The notes: generated from the sequence alone by a model not told the origin. A stretch of 64,000 bases of DNA from Candidatus Woesearchaeota archaeon CG10_big_fil_rev_8_21_14_0_10_37_12 (GCA_002762795.1 PCYA01000014.1:5632-69631); one strand, 5' to 3'; positions 21,010 to 31,164 are shown, counted from the first letter of the stretch. Translations and numbers: made by a program.

Positions 21010-21039
21010 CAGTCAGTTTAAATTAGCAAAAGCAACATA

Positions 21040-21990
21040 TTGTCCTATAAAATGACGACAAGTCTTCTTGGTATTGCACCTGCGCTTGATGACGCAATAC
21101 AAGAAGTAGCATATAACGGAGAGAGATATTCTGATTTTCATCCAGCTAATGCAGGTGATATAAGCCAAGTATTTGATGCACAGTTAAGTAGAGAGTTAGT
21201 TGATCGTTTTACTACTACAATGTCTGATTGGTTTGATATTACTCGTCTGCAAGATCTTGCAAGCATTCGTTGTGACGGAAGAGCAGGTTATCGAACAGAG
21301 GGCATAGAAAATCCTGGTTTTTATGAATTATTAGTTCCAATTACTGGGCGGGTTATGTTAATTACGCGTACTGGTTCTGATATTGCTTCAATAAAAAGTG
21401 TTGTAGACTGCGGACAAGATGGTAAGTTGTTTAATCTTGTGCAAGTTGATGACACTGGAAAACGTATTAGGATAATTTATGGTAATAAAGAATATGGTTC
21501 TATTCCTTCTATTGAAACGCATATTCATATTGCTGCTAATGCCATGCATATGGCTGAGGGTTGTGATACTCCTGCAACAGTCCATGCGCATCCTCCTTAT
21601 TTGGTTGCACTTGGAAGACACCCAAAAGTCGCAGGAGACTTTGAGCGGTTTAATGCTGTTGTTTATACTGCAGTTGAAGGATTAAATAGAAATCATAAAA
21701 AATTGATGGGTGTTGTTCCGTATCATCAATCTGGCTCTGCTGATTTGGTAGATAGCAGTTTAGATCCGTTAAAAAAACACGGTTTTGTGTTGTGGATGCA
21801 TCATGGTGCAACTGTTCGACAAATCAATATTCGTCAAGGGTATGTTATGCTTGGTTATGCCGAGCATTGTGCAAGAATGGGTCTTGATTCAGTGCGTGAA
21901 GGTGCGTTAAGAATGCCTGATAAAGAGATTGTTCCGTTCTTAGAAGAAAAAGGATTAAAAGCTGCATATGATGTTGTTTTTGAAACGTAG
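21040..21990 (+). CDS. Class II aldolase/adducin-like protein (rhamnulose-1-P aldolase-like); stop codon supplied by an inserted element
   Basis: 'PSIETHIH', 'VHAHP', 'VVPYHQSGS', 'LWMHHG'. Confidence 0.7.
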   Translation: MSYKMTTSLLGIAPALDDAIQEVAYNGERYSDFHPANAGDISQVFDAQLSRELVDRFTTTMSDWFDITRLQDLASIRCDGRAGYRTEGIENPGFYELLVPITGRVMLITRTGSDIASIKSVVDCGQDGKLFNLVQVDDTGKRIRIIYGNKEYGSIPSIETHIHIAANAMHMAEGCDTPATVHAHPPYLVALGRHPKVAGDFERFNAVVYTAVEGLNRNHKKLMGVVPYHQSGSADLVDSSLDPLKKHGFVLWMHHGATVRQINIRQGYVMLGYAEHCARMGLDSVREGALRMPDKEIVPFLEEKGLKAAYDVVFET

Positions 21991-22162
21991 AAATTCCATC
22001 AGTGTGCTCACTGGTGGTGAAGCAAAGCGTGTATGTGCTTATTGATTACAGGTGGAATTTCTAGGTGATCAAGAACCACTGGTCATATTTTTCTTATGAC
22101 TTTCTGAATAGTCATGCCATTGGTGATCGCACTGCGGTGCTCAACACCAGTGGTTCTTGACA
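21986..22162. mobile_element. Palindromic element type D (177 bp): B-like arm joined to a C-like arm
   Basis: CGTAGAAATTCCA...TGGAATTTCTA GGTGA TCAAGAACCACTGG...CCAGTGGTTCTTGACA. Confidence 0.85.
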
Positions 22163-22230
22163 AATAGGAAAAATAATGTGAGCCATAAAATAGTAAATGA
22201 AGCCACCATCAAAAATTTTGCACAGTCATT

Positions 22231-22350
22231 TTACGCTGAGATCGCTTCAAGGTACGATCTCATTTCTTGTGCTTCAAATGCATCGATTTGTCCTGCACGC
22301 AATAGGGTACTTATTGCCAACAAGTCTTCTTGCAAATGTTTGTATGCCAT
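22231..22350 (-). CDS. Small protein (39 aa), absent from the ORF track
   Basis: MAYKHLQEDLLAISTLLRAGQIDAFEAQEMRSYLEAISA with a GGAGG RBS upstream. Confidence 0.55.
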   Translation of the reverse strand: MAYKHLQEDLLAISTLLRAGQIDAFEAQEMRSYLEAISA

Positions 22351-22504
22351 CTTTTTTCCTCCGTCAAAAGCAACAATTTTTGTTGCCTTCAACGAATATC
22401 ACAATAACAACTGTTTTTAAATTCATTATGAAGAGTTGATTAAGATAGGAAATATTAACTAAATATCCACAAAGCTTAAAAAGTCATTTTTAAAATGGTG
22501 TACT

Positions 22505-23212
22505 ATGGTTCAAGCAATGGTAGGGCCTTCTTGGTTCTTAGGGGTTGATGCAAGCTTGGAGGCACTTGCAGGGATAATTGCGTTAGCTGTTGCGTTCGCA
22601 GCATTTCATATGTATTCTTTGACAAAAGAAAGAAGGTATGCTTTTTTAACAAGCAGTTTTGCTTTAATGACTGCAAGTTTTATTTCTCGTGCAGTAACTG
22701 ATGTGTTGCTTGCAAATAAAGAAGTTAGTTTATCTGCTGCAATGGCAAAGAATGTGTTTATTCTGGGGTATGTAACTCATATCCTGTTAGCACTGCTTGC
22801 GTATGTTTTATTAATAATTTTAACATACAGACTCCCTGATAAAAGATTGTGGGTTTTGCTTGTGCTTATTTTAATGCCAAGTTTGTTGTTAAGTTCAAGT
22901 TATTTCTTGAGCTTTTATGGTTTGAGCGTGATTTTGCTTGGTTTTGTTTCATTAGCATTTTATGACAACTATGTAAATAATAGATCTTGTGCTGCAGGCA
23001 TGGTGTTTCTTGCGTTTGCATTATTAACACTTTCTCAGATACAATTCCTTCTTGGACCTTTGAAAGATTTACTATACGTTTCTGCGCATGCAACTCAAGC
23101 AGCAGGATTTTTGATGTTGTTTTTTGTGTTAGTCAAGGTTAAATTGCGTCCAAAAGATATTGCGCGGGATGAAAAATTAGATGTTAAAAAAGGTAAAAAA
23201 AGGAGCAAATGA
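22505..23212 (+). CDS. 7-TM membrane protein
   Basis: Seven hydrophobic segments; coupled to the next gene. Confidence 0.75.
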   Translation: MVQAMVGPSWFLGVDASLEALAGIIALAVAFAAFHMYSLTKERRYAFLTSSFALMTASFISRAVTDVLLANKEVSLSAAMAKNVFILGYVTHILLALLAYVLLIILTYRLPDKRLWVLLVLILMPSLLLSSSYFLSFYGLSVILLGFVSLAFYDNYVNNRSCAAGMVFLAFALLTLSQIQFLLGPLKDLLYVSAHATQAAGFLMLFFVLVKVKLRPKDIARDEKLDVKKGKKRSK

Positions 23213-23478
23213 AACGTTCAAAATTAGATATTGTCTATGACATGCTCAGAGCAATGGAGGACAAGGGAGGCAGAATTATTCCAACTCATTTGCTTTATAA
23301 GTCAAATTTGTCTCATCAGCGCATGAAATTGTATCTCAAAGAGTTAGAAGATAAAAATATGATTGTTGAAGTTGAAGTGAAAGGGAAAAAAATGTTTGAA
23401 CTTACTGATGGCGGCAGAAAATTCTTGCAGAACTTCAAGCAGATGAAGGAATTCACTGAAGCGTTTGGTCTGTCGTAG
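23209..23478 (+). CDS. Archaeal winged-helix DNA-binding protein
   Basis: 'KRSKLDIVYDML...THLLYKSNLS...YLKEL...LTDGGRKFL'. Confidence 0.85.
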   Translation: MKRSKLDIVYDMLRAMEDKGGRIIPTHLLYKSNLSHQRMKLYLKELEDKNMIVEVEVKGKKMFELTDGGRKFLQNFKQMKEFTEAFGLS

Positions 23479-23508
23479 TTTTCTAAGAACGTAGATTTTT
23501 TATAGTAG

Positions 23509-24087
23509 TTGCTATTAATTGCTGATATGAAAAGAGAGGTATGGTTATTGGCTTTTGCTTTATTTTTGCCTGCATTTATGGTTATGAGCATGGTGGAGCT
23601 TTCTTCGCCAGAGGGAAGAGTTGTGAACCCTATGGCAGAATTTCGTATGAACAGGATCAATTTGTGGTTCCCGTATCCATTCGGTGTTTCTCCAAGTTGC
23701 CAGGCACATGTTGCAACAGTGCAAACAGGTATTAGAATTAACAGTGATGGAAAGTTTTATGGTTTGAGTGGTTTGCAGCATGGCCAGGAATATTTTGATA
23801 ATGAGCGTGTGTTATTCACTGCATTAGAAAAAATACAAACTCCTGAGCCGTATGTGCAAGCGTGTCCGTTTGACATTGAAACTCGTGCTGTTGAAGTTAG
23901 AGATGCTCTTGTAAAGTTAAATGGTGATTTGATTTTGTATACGTTAGATAATACTCCTTGTGATCGTCCGCAAGCAGCGTTTAATTATATTGATAGTGCA
24001 TTGAATGCTAGCGCGATGCATGACGATCAGGTATTTTTGAATGATTTTGAGCAAAGTTGGTTGTTGCTTACGGAATGTACGCGATGA
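23509..24087 (+). CDS. Hypothetical membrane-anchored protein
   Basis: N-terminal TM; likely start near 23527. Confidence 0.55.
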   Translation: MLLIADMKREVWLLAFALFLPAFMVMSMVELSSPEGRVVNPMAEFRMNRINLWFPYPFGVSPSCQAHVATVQTGIRINSDGKFYGLSGLQHGQEYFDNERVLFTALEKIQTPEPYVQACPFDIETRAVEVRDALVKLNGDLILYTLDNTPCDRPQAAFNYIDSALNASAMHDDQVFLNDFEQSWLLLTECTR

Positions 24088-24647
24088 AGTTTTCTAAGTT
24101 AGAAATTAGAGATATAGTGAAAGCGTGGTTTACTGTTTCGTTAATGTTTGCGATTGCGTTAACTGGTCTTAAGCAAGAGTTACTCGTAGCATTGTTGTTT
24201 GCGTTAGTAACTGCTGGTATTGGTTTTGTGTTGCACGAGTTAGCTCACAAATTTGTTGCACAAAAGTATAAGTGTCAGGCTGAGTTTCGCGCAAATAACC
24301 GAATGTTGCTTGTTGGGTTGATCATTAGTTTTACTGGGTTTATTTTAGCTGCTCCTGGCGGAGTATTTGTTCAGGGCGCAAATAAAAGTCAGCATGGCAA
24401 GATTGCTTTTGCTGGTCCGTTGATGAACATCTTGCTCGCCATTTTATTTTTAGTGTTAACAAAAACAACAACTGGTTTGCTCGCAAATGTCATGTTGTAT
24501 GGTTGGTTGATTAACAGCTGGCTTGCAGCGTTTAATTTGATTCCAGTAATTCCTTTTGATGGCAGGGCTGTTTGGTTGTGGAACAAAATTGTTTATGTTA
24601 TTGCAGTGATTGTTTCTTTGGGATTGGTTGGGTTTTCGATGGGTTGA
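24084..24647 (+). CDS. Site-2 protease (peptidase M50)
   Basis: 'LHELAH', 'AGPLMN', 'FNLIPVIPFDG'. Confidence 0.9.
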   Translation: MKFSKLEIRDIVKAWFTVSLMFAIALTGLKQELLVALLFALVTAGIGFVLHELAHKFVAQKYKCQAEFRANNRMLLVGLIISFTGFILAAPGGVFVQGANKSQHGKIAFAGPLMNILLAILFLVLTKTTTGLLANVMLYGWLINSWLAAFNLIPVIPFDGRAVWLWNKIVYVIAVIVSLGLVGFSMG

Positions 24648-24695
24648 TATTTTTTGGACGTAATCTTTTTAAACAAAGCTCACCTATATTACAGT

Positions 24696-24976
24696 ATGAG
24701 ACGAGAAGATATATTGAAAACTATTGCGAGCAAGTTAAAGAAAGCTGGAGCTAGAAAAATCGCCATATTTGGCTCTTATGCACGGAAAGAAGAAAAAAAA
24801 ATAGCGATGTTGACGTTTTGGTTGAATTTTCTGAACCGAAATCTTTGCTTGAATTTGTTGGAATTGAACAAGAGTTAGCTAAAGCAACAGGCAAAAAAAT
24901 TGATTTGCTCACCGAAAAATCTATCAGTCCTTATTTAATTAAAAGAATAAAGAAAGAATTGGTGGATATAGCTTGA
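24696..24976 (+). pseudogene. Minimal nucleotidyltransferase (MNT) antitoxin, frameshifted in an A9 run
   Basis: 'IFGSYARKEEKK' and 'SDVDVLVEF...IDLLTEKSISPY' lie in different frames across 24793-24801. Confidence 0.8.
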
Positions 24977-25306
24977 TGGAAAAAGATAATTCCGTTTACT
25001 TAAAGCACATTTTAGACGCGATTAAACGAGTTGAAGAATACACAAAAAACTGCAGTAAAGAAAAGTTTTCTAGAAACAAACATGATTCAAGCAGCAGTGA
25101 TTCGTGAGATTGAAATTATTGGAGAGGCTGCCAAAAATTTAAGCAGTAAGTTCATAGAGACCTATAAAAACATACCTTGGAAACAAATTGTAGGGATGAG
25201 GGATAAACTCATTCATGGTTATTTTGGAGTTGATTTAGAATCTGTTTGGAAAACAGTAAAAGAAGATTTGCAGTATTTAAGGAAGGAGATTAAGAAAATA
25301 AAGTAA
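24976..25306 (+). pseudogene. DUF86/HepT-like HEPN RNase, frameshifted near 25066
   Basis: 'MEKDNSVYLKHILDAIKRVEEY' is out of frame with 'EIIGEAAK...IPWKQIVGMRDKLIHGYFGVD'. Confidence 0.8.
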
Positions 25307-25443
25307 TCTTGTTGAGTTTGCGATGGGTTGATTGATAATCATTCAATTTTAAGTTTTCTTTTAGGCAACTTTGAATTAATCAGCTTTTTGGTGAATGGCG
25401 TGAACGCCCCATAATTCTTGTCGTCGATATTCAAAGTTGGCTT

Positions 25444-25536
25444 AGGGAACGCTCGAAAATTGTGATTTTCGGCGCACCAAAAAGCTTGGCTTTTTTAGTG
25501 CTTTGACTCAATTAAGATAGTTTTTCAAAGTTCCCT
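25444..25536. repeat. Hairpin with a 51-bp double hairpin inserted in its left arm (25451-25501)
   Basis: AGGGAAC|TTTGA pairs with TCAAA-GTTCCCT once the insert is skipped. Confidence 0.65.
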
Positions 25537-25640
25537 TTACAAAAAAACTGAATCACTCCCCACTCGACAACTGCTCGTAATCTTTTTAAACAGCTCATAA
25601 AACCAATGATACATAAGTAAGAATACAATTTAATTACAAT

Positions 25641-28600
25641 ATGGAAAATAAATCTGATGAATTAATCTCTTGGAAAGAGAAACCGAACACTAAGACTGAA
25701 GTAGAGAACTTGCTAAATCCAACTATCAAAAAATGGTTTCTCACAAGATTCCCAAACTTCAGCCTACCACAATTATTTGGCGTGTATGAAATTCATTGCA
25801 GAAATAATATTCTTGTATCTGCTCCAACTGGTGCAACAAAAACATTAACAGGTTTTCTTTCAGTCTTAAACGAACTTGTGGATAACGCAGAGAAAGGAAA
25901 ACTTGAAGATAAAGTGTATTGCATTTACATTTCTCCTCTTAAAGCACTGTCAAATGACATTGAAAAAAACCTCAAAGAACCATTAAAACAAATTGAAGAA
26001 CTTGCTGGCAAACCATTAAACATTCGTGTTGGTGTTCGTACTGGGGATACAACACAATCTGATAAAAGCAAAATGTTGAGAAAGCCTCCGCACATTTTGA
26101 TAACCACTCCTGAATCATTGGCAATTATGTTATCATCTATAAAATTCAAAGATCACTTAAAGAGTGTTGATTGGTGTATTGTTGATGAAATTCATGCATT
26201 GGCTGAAAACAAAAGAGGCACTCACCTTTCATTATCTCTTGAGCGTTTGCAGAATCTTGCTCAGGGCATGTGTCGTGTTGGCTTGAGTGCAACTGTTTCC
26301 CCATTAGAAGAAATTGCAAAATATCTTGTCGGCGAAAATCGCAAGTGTAAAATCATAGATGTACAATTTCTAAAAAATATGGATTTGAAGGTGATGTCTC
26401 CTGTTGCTGATTTGATTGAAACAACACATCACGACATGCATCATGAAATGTACAAATTAATTGATAAACTAGTACAAGAACACAAAACAACAGTGATTTT
26501 TACAAATACGCGTGCCGCAACAGAACGAGTTGTTGATCACTTGAAAAATAAATTCCCGAAAAATTACATTGGCAACATTGGAACACATCACGGCAGCATG
26601 AGTAAACATGCACGGCTCGATATTGAAAACAAACTAAGAAGTGGCGAGTTAAAATGCGTTGTTTGCTCGACAAGCTTAGAATTGGGCATCGATATTGGGT
26701 ACATAGATTTGGTAATTTGTTTGGGTTCTCCGAAATCTGTTGCGCGATTTCTGCAAAGAGCTGGACGTTCAGGCCATAAATTGCACGAAACAGTAAAAGC
26801 AAGAATTATCGTACTTGACAGAGATGATCTTGTTGAATGCGCGGTGTTAGTCAAAAGTGCTATTGAGAAAAAAATCGATAGGGTTCATATTCCGAGATTA
26901 GCTTTAGATGTGCTTGCGCAACAAATTATTGGTATGTCTTTAGAGCAAGTCTGGGATGAAAGTGATTTGTTTAAAACAATTAAAAAAAGTTATTGCTACA
27001 CTGATTTGAAAAGAAAAGATTTCAATGAAATTTTGAGCTATCTTGCTGGAGAATTTGTTGATCTTGAAGATAGACATATTTATGCAAAAATCTGGCGCGA
27101 AGATGGCAAACTCGGCAAAAAAGGAAGGATGAGCCGCGTGATTTATATGACTAATATTGGCACGATTCCTGACGAGTCTTTTATTACTGCAAAAGTAGGA
27201 AAGGAAACTGTTGGTTTACTCGACGAGAATTTTGTTGAACGACTTAAGCCAGGTGATGTTTTTGTGCTTGGCGGTGAAACGTACATGTTTAAGTACACGA
27301 GAGGCATGGTTGCGCAAGTAACTGCTTCTGTTAATAGGCCTCCTACTGTTCCAAGATGGATGAGTGAAAGTTTGCCGTTGAGTTTTGATTTAGCAAATGA
27401 AATTGGAAGATTTAGAAGACTAATGACTGAACAATTTGTTGCAAAAAAAAAGAAAGTTGAGATTGTTAAGTTCATTAATGATTTCTTGTATATTGATGAT
27501 AAAGCTGCAACAGCAGTGTTTAATTATTTCAAAGAACAGTATGATTATTGTGGTGAAATTCCAAGTGATAAAAAAATCGTTATCGAGTATTGCAATGATG
27601 GGAGAGATCAGAAAATTGTGTTTCATTCATTATTTGGTCGTCGCGTGAATGATTGTTTAAGCAGAGCAATAGCATTTGTGCTAAGCAGGACCGAACACAA
27701 AGATGTTGAACTCGGCATTAGCGATAATGGTTTTTATATTACTGGCAACAGAAAATTAAATATCATCAAAGCAATGAAAATGTTGCAGGCTGATAAGCTT
27801 AGTTTGGTAATGAATTCTGCAATTGAAAAGAGTGAAGTGTTCAAGCGAAGATTTAGGCATTGTGCTACTCGTTCGTTTATGATTTTGCGTAATTACATGG
27901 GCAGACAAAAGCGTGTTGGCAGGCAGCAAGTGAGTTCTATGATTTTAATGAGTGCCTTGAAGCAATTAAATCCTGATTTTAGCATTTTGAAAGAGGCAAA
28001 GCGTGAATGTTTAGAAGATTTGATGGACATTGGTAATACAAAAAAAGTAATTGAAGGGATCGAGTCAAGTAAGATAAAGCTTGTTGAGTTAGAAACAAAA
28101 ATTCCGTCTCCATTTGGCTTGACTCTTGCATTGCAGGGTTATGCTGATGTGTTAAAAATAGAGGATAAGTATGAATTTTTGCGCAGGATGCATGAACAAA
28201 TTCTTGCAAAGATTGAAGGCAGAGAAACACAGGCTGTTAGCGGGACAGGATATGTTGCGAAAGCACGTGAAAATCGGAATGAGTTTAAAGAACAGTTAAA
28301 AAAAGATGCTTGGAACTTAAAGCATGTTCCAAAGTTTGCAAAAGCTGAGTTGATAAGAATTATTGACGGCGAACGCAGCAATATTGACAAACGGTTCATT
28401 GAAGGTATTGAACAATACAAAGATGACATTGAGCAAAATTGGCCTGATGAATTAAAGAAATTTTTGTTTACAGTATTAAAAGATTTAAAAGAAGGTGAGT
28501 TTTCTTATGAGGATTTTTGGAATGAAGAATCTGAGAAAAAAGAAGAAGAGGTAAGTGATGAAAAACAAAGAATTATTGAGCAGTTTAACAAAGCTGCGCG

Positions 28601-28781
28601 AAGAATAAAACTTGACGCGCAAATTAAGTATGATGTGTATCGTATGATTGATGGCGAGAAAGACAATTTTAGAAAAGAGACTAAACACTGGTTGAAAGAT
28701 TTGTTTAACAAAGCAGTTCCTAAAGTCTGGGAAGATGATATTGCAAAGTTCTTGCAGAAGAAGATGAAAGAGATTGTTTAA
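25641..28781 (+). CDS. lhr: Lhr-like SF2 helicase with a duplicated C-terminal extension
   Basis: 'APTGATKT', 'SPLKAL', 'TTPESL', 'DEIH', 'SAT', 'HHGS', 'LELGID', 'QRAGRSGH'. Confidence 0.9.
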   Translation: MENKSDELISWKEKPNTKTEVENLLNPTIKKWFLTRFPNFSLPQLFGVYEIHCRNNILVSAPTGATKTLTGFLSVLNELVDNAEKGKLEDKVYCIYISPLKALSNDIEKNLKEPLKQIEELAGKPLNIRVGVRTGDTTQSDKSKMLRKPPHILITTPESLAIMLSSIKFKDHLKSVDWCIVDEIHALAENKRGTHLSLSLERLQNLAQGMCRVGLSATVSPLEEIAKYLVGENRKCKIIDVQFLKNMDLKVMSPVADLIETTHHDMHHEMYKLIDKLVQEHKTTVIFTNTRAATERVVDHLKNKFPKNYIGNIGTHHGSMSKHARLDIENKLRSGELKCVVCSTSLELGIDIGYIDLVICLGSPKSVARFLQRAGRSGHKLHETVKARIIVLDRDDLVECAVLVKSAIEKKIDRVHIPRLALDVLAQQIIGMSLEQVWDESDLFKTIKKSYCYTDLKRKDFNEILSYLAGEFVDLEDRHIYAKIWREDGKLGKKGRMSRVIYMTNIGTIPDESFITAKVGKETVGLLDENFVERLKPGDVFVLGGETYMFKYTRGMVAQVTASVNRPPTVPRWMSESLPLSFDLANEIGRFRRLMTEQFVAKKKKVEIVKFINDFLYIDDKAATAVFNYFKEQYDYCGEIPSDKKIVIEYCNDGRDQKIVFHSLFGRRVNDCLSRAIAFVLSRTEHKDVELGISDNGFYITGNRKLNIIKAMKMLQADKLSLVMNSAIEKSEVFKRRFRHCATRSFMILRNYMGRQKRVGRQQVSSMILMSALKQLNPDFSILKEAKRECLEDLMDIGNTKKVIEGIESSKIKLVELETKIPSPFGLTLALQGYADVLKIEDKYEFLRRMHEQILAKIEGRETQAVSGTGYVAKARENRNEFKEQLKKDAWNLKHVPKFAKAELIRIIDGERSNIDKRFIEGIEQYKDDIEQNWPDELKKFLFTVLKDLKEGEFSYEDFWNEESEKKEEEVSDEKQRIIEQFNKAARRIKLDAQIKYDVYRMIDGEKDNFRKETKHWLKDLFNKAVPKVWEDDIAKFLQKKMKEIV

Positions 28782-28822
28782 AATAGAAAAGTTTTTATAG
28801 GATATATGCTATCAACATACAC

Positions 28823-29431
28823 ATGGATGTTAATAACATACATTTTACTGCGTTGGAACTTAAAATCGTTAGATACATATTCAAACATTACAAGGATAAA
28901 CATAATGCGAGGCAGTTAGCAAGGATTTTAAGAATTAATCATGCTCACACGAACAAATTGTGCGGTTTATTAGTTAAAAAGAGACTTTTAATAAGTGAAA
29001 CTATTGGAAACGCAACATATTTTTCGTTCAGTTACAATAATAAACTGTCAATTAAGTTCATGCAATATTTGCTTGGACTGGAAGAGCAATTGTTCCCAAA
29101 ATGGTTGTCAATTGTCCTATATAATTTAAAAAGATTTAGTCAACACATAAGCTTTGGCGCTATTTTTGGATCGTCGGTTAACAATAATAATTTTAATGAT
29201 GTTGATGTATTACTCGTTTACGATAAGAATAAAATAAAAGATATTAAAAAAATAAAAGATGAAATAATAAAATCTCAACTCATAGAACAACCAATAAGAT
29301 ACGTTGAAATTACAGAAGATGACGTGATGTTAAATAAAGACAGTAAAACATTCTACAATATTTTTTCAAATAATTTAATTTTTTATAATGCTGAAAAATA
29401 TGTTGAGGTGATTAAGAAGTGCCACAAATAG
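28823..29431 (+). CDS. HTH plus nucleotidyltransferase (MNT-type)
   Basis: N-terminal wHTH, 'IFGSSV...NDVDVLLV'. Confidence 0.75.
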   Translation: MDVNNIHFTALELKIVRYIFKHYKDKHNARQLARILRINHAHTNKLCGLLVKKRLLISETIGNATYFSFSYNNKLSIKFMQYLLGLEEQLFPKWLSIVLYNLKRFSQHISFGAIFGSSVNNNNFNDVDVLLVYDKNKIKDIKKIKDEIIKSQLIEQPIRYVEITEDDVMLNKDSKTFYNIFSNNLIFYNAEKYVEVIKKCHK

Positions 29432-29901
29432 AAAAACATTTGAAATGGTGCTTAAATGATGAAAAAAGATTATTAAAAATAAAACCTGACAACGAATTAG
29501 CAAAGAAACATCTGAAAAAATCAGAGTATAATTATTCAGTCTTGCAAAATCTTGAGAAATTAAAAAATTACGATTGGGCGCTTAATGTTGGTTTTTACGC
29601 AATCTATCATTGTTTTCTTGCAATTCTTTCAAAACACGGGTATGAATCAAGAAACCAATCATGCACCATAACTGTGTTACTTCATTTAATAGATCAAAAG
29701 AAATTGGAGTTTAGCAAAGAAATAGTTCTTCAATTCGATACGCTTGAACCAGAAAAAAATATAATAACTCACACATTAAGATTTGAGCGAGAAGAATCAA
29801 CGTATGGTGTTAAAACAACAATAAAGTTAGAACAGTTAAAGAAAATAAAAGAATTAGTTGTGAAAACTCAAAGAGAAACAATCAAAGTGCTTTCAGATTA
29901 A
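29419..29901 (+). CDS. HEPN domain protein
   Basis: 'DWALNVGFYAIYHCFLAIL...GYESRNQSC', 'REESTYG'. Confidence 0.8.
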   Translation: MPQIEKHLKWCLNDEKRLLKIKPDNELAKKHLKKSEYNYSVLQNLEKLKNYDWALNVGFYAIYHCFLAILSKHGYESRNQSCTITVLLHLIDQKKLEFSKEIVLQFDTLEPEKNIITHTLRFEREESTYGVKTTIKLEQLKKIKELVVKTQRETIKVLSD

Positions 29902-30001
29902 CTATGCTAACTTTTGTTCAGTTCACGTATGATCTTTTTTTTCTAGTGTATAGTAAATTGCCTTAAATATCGAACCTTTTAGCAATTTACTATATTTGAA
30001 A

Positions 30002-30097
30002 CGTCAGAAATTCACAAAATTTAATATGGTTTGTATGAATTTCTGAGCGTGCTCAAGAACTGTCACAATTATTGATTATTTTTGACAGTTCTTGACA
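30002..30097. mobile_element. Palindromic element type B (96 bp), preceded by a hairpin at 29949-29994
   Basis: CGTCAGAAATTCA...TGAATTTCTGA GCGTGC TCAAGAACTGTCA...TGACAGTTCTTGACA. Confidence 0.85.
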
Positions 30098-30104
30098 TTC
30101 GCAA

Positions 30105-31100
30105 TTATTTGTTCGATTTCTTGCGAATTTCATTATAGCCTTTTGATGGTGGATTTTTTGATTCAGGCTTTTCATACCCTCTAACTTCAAGCTCTGGTTG
30201 ATATTCTCCCTGTCTTGTTTCTACGAGAGCTTGTACCCCAACTGCACGTTTTGCGAGTGTTCTCCACAAGTTGTAAAATGCAAGGCTTGTTGGTTGTTCT
30301 ATTGATTCTCGCGTGTGCAATGCAAATTTTCTGCGCTGTCTTAATCGTTTTGGTAAGTTTAAGAATGGATGATCTGGATGTGCGTCTATCATTACTTGCC
30401 ATAATTCATATTTTGCGAATTCTGCTGGTAAGCGAACCAATAAATAATTGTTTGCCATGTCTAAGAATCTGTCTTGATGCATTAATTTTCCGTCGCCATC
30501 AGTCACACGTTTTACAGGTCCTGTATTGCCTGCAAGATATTCGTGTGCTGCTTCGCACAAACCATCTAATCTGTCTGCAAGTTTTGCCACTTGCCCTTCT
30601 GCTGTTCTGAGATTCTGACTAACACGTAATGCTCTTTCGTAACGTACGCCATTAACATATAGACCGTCAAACATGACAATGAGTTCTTCTACTGCGCGTG
30701 TTTCCAAGTCTTTTATTCTTTGATGATCAGCCTTTGTGCCTCTTGTTTTTGCTCCTGCATCAATATCTCCTATTTTAATTTCAATGTCGTCATGAACTTT
30801 GGCTGCAGCGCGTGCAAGTTGACGATCATACTGTGTTGAGTCAGGAACTAAATTTCCTAATTCATCTGTTATCTCTGCAACGCGTAAAGAATGATCCAAA
30901 TTGGTGGTTCTGTACAACATAGGTTTAGAGCCGTGCCATCTGTCTATTTGTGCAAGTCCTTGTTCCCTGCTTCTGATATCTCGGTGATTTATTCTTGGAA
31001 CGTGATCTACTTCACCATTGTCAAATTTAACTACAAGAGGTCTAAATGGAAGCAGTAGCTGGTCAGGATCATCTGCTGATTTTCTTCCCCTTTTAGCCAT
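30105..31100 (-). CDS. HD-domain phosphohydrolase (YfbR-like)
   Basis: 'IDRW', 'HSLRV', 'VHDDIE...GDI', 'KLADRLD'. Confidence 0.75.
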   Translation of the reverse strand: MAKRGRKSADDPDQLLLPFRPLVVKFDNGEVDHVPRINHRDIRSREQGLAQIDRWHGSKPMLYRTTNLDHSLRVAEITDELGNLVPDSTQYDRQLARAAAKVHDDIEIKIGDIDAGAKTRGTKADHQRIKDLETRAVEELIVMFDGLYVNGVRYERALRVSQNLRTAEGQVAKLADRLDGLCEAAHEYLAGNTGPVKRVTDGDGKLMHQDRFLDMANNYLLVRLPAEFAKYELWQVMIDAHPDHPFLNLPKRLRQRRKFALHTRESIEQPTSLAFYNLWRTLAKRAVGVQALVETRQGEYQPELEVRGYEKPESKNPPSKGYNEIRKKSNK

Positions 31101-31164
31101 AAGTGTACCTCTTATTTGTGGAATATACAAAAACTATTTAATACTCTGCTACTCCTGTTCAATA

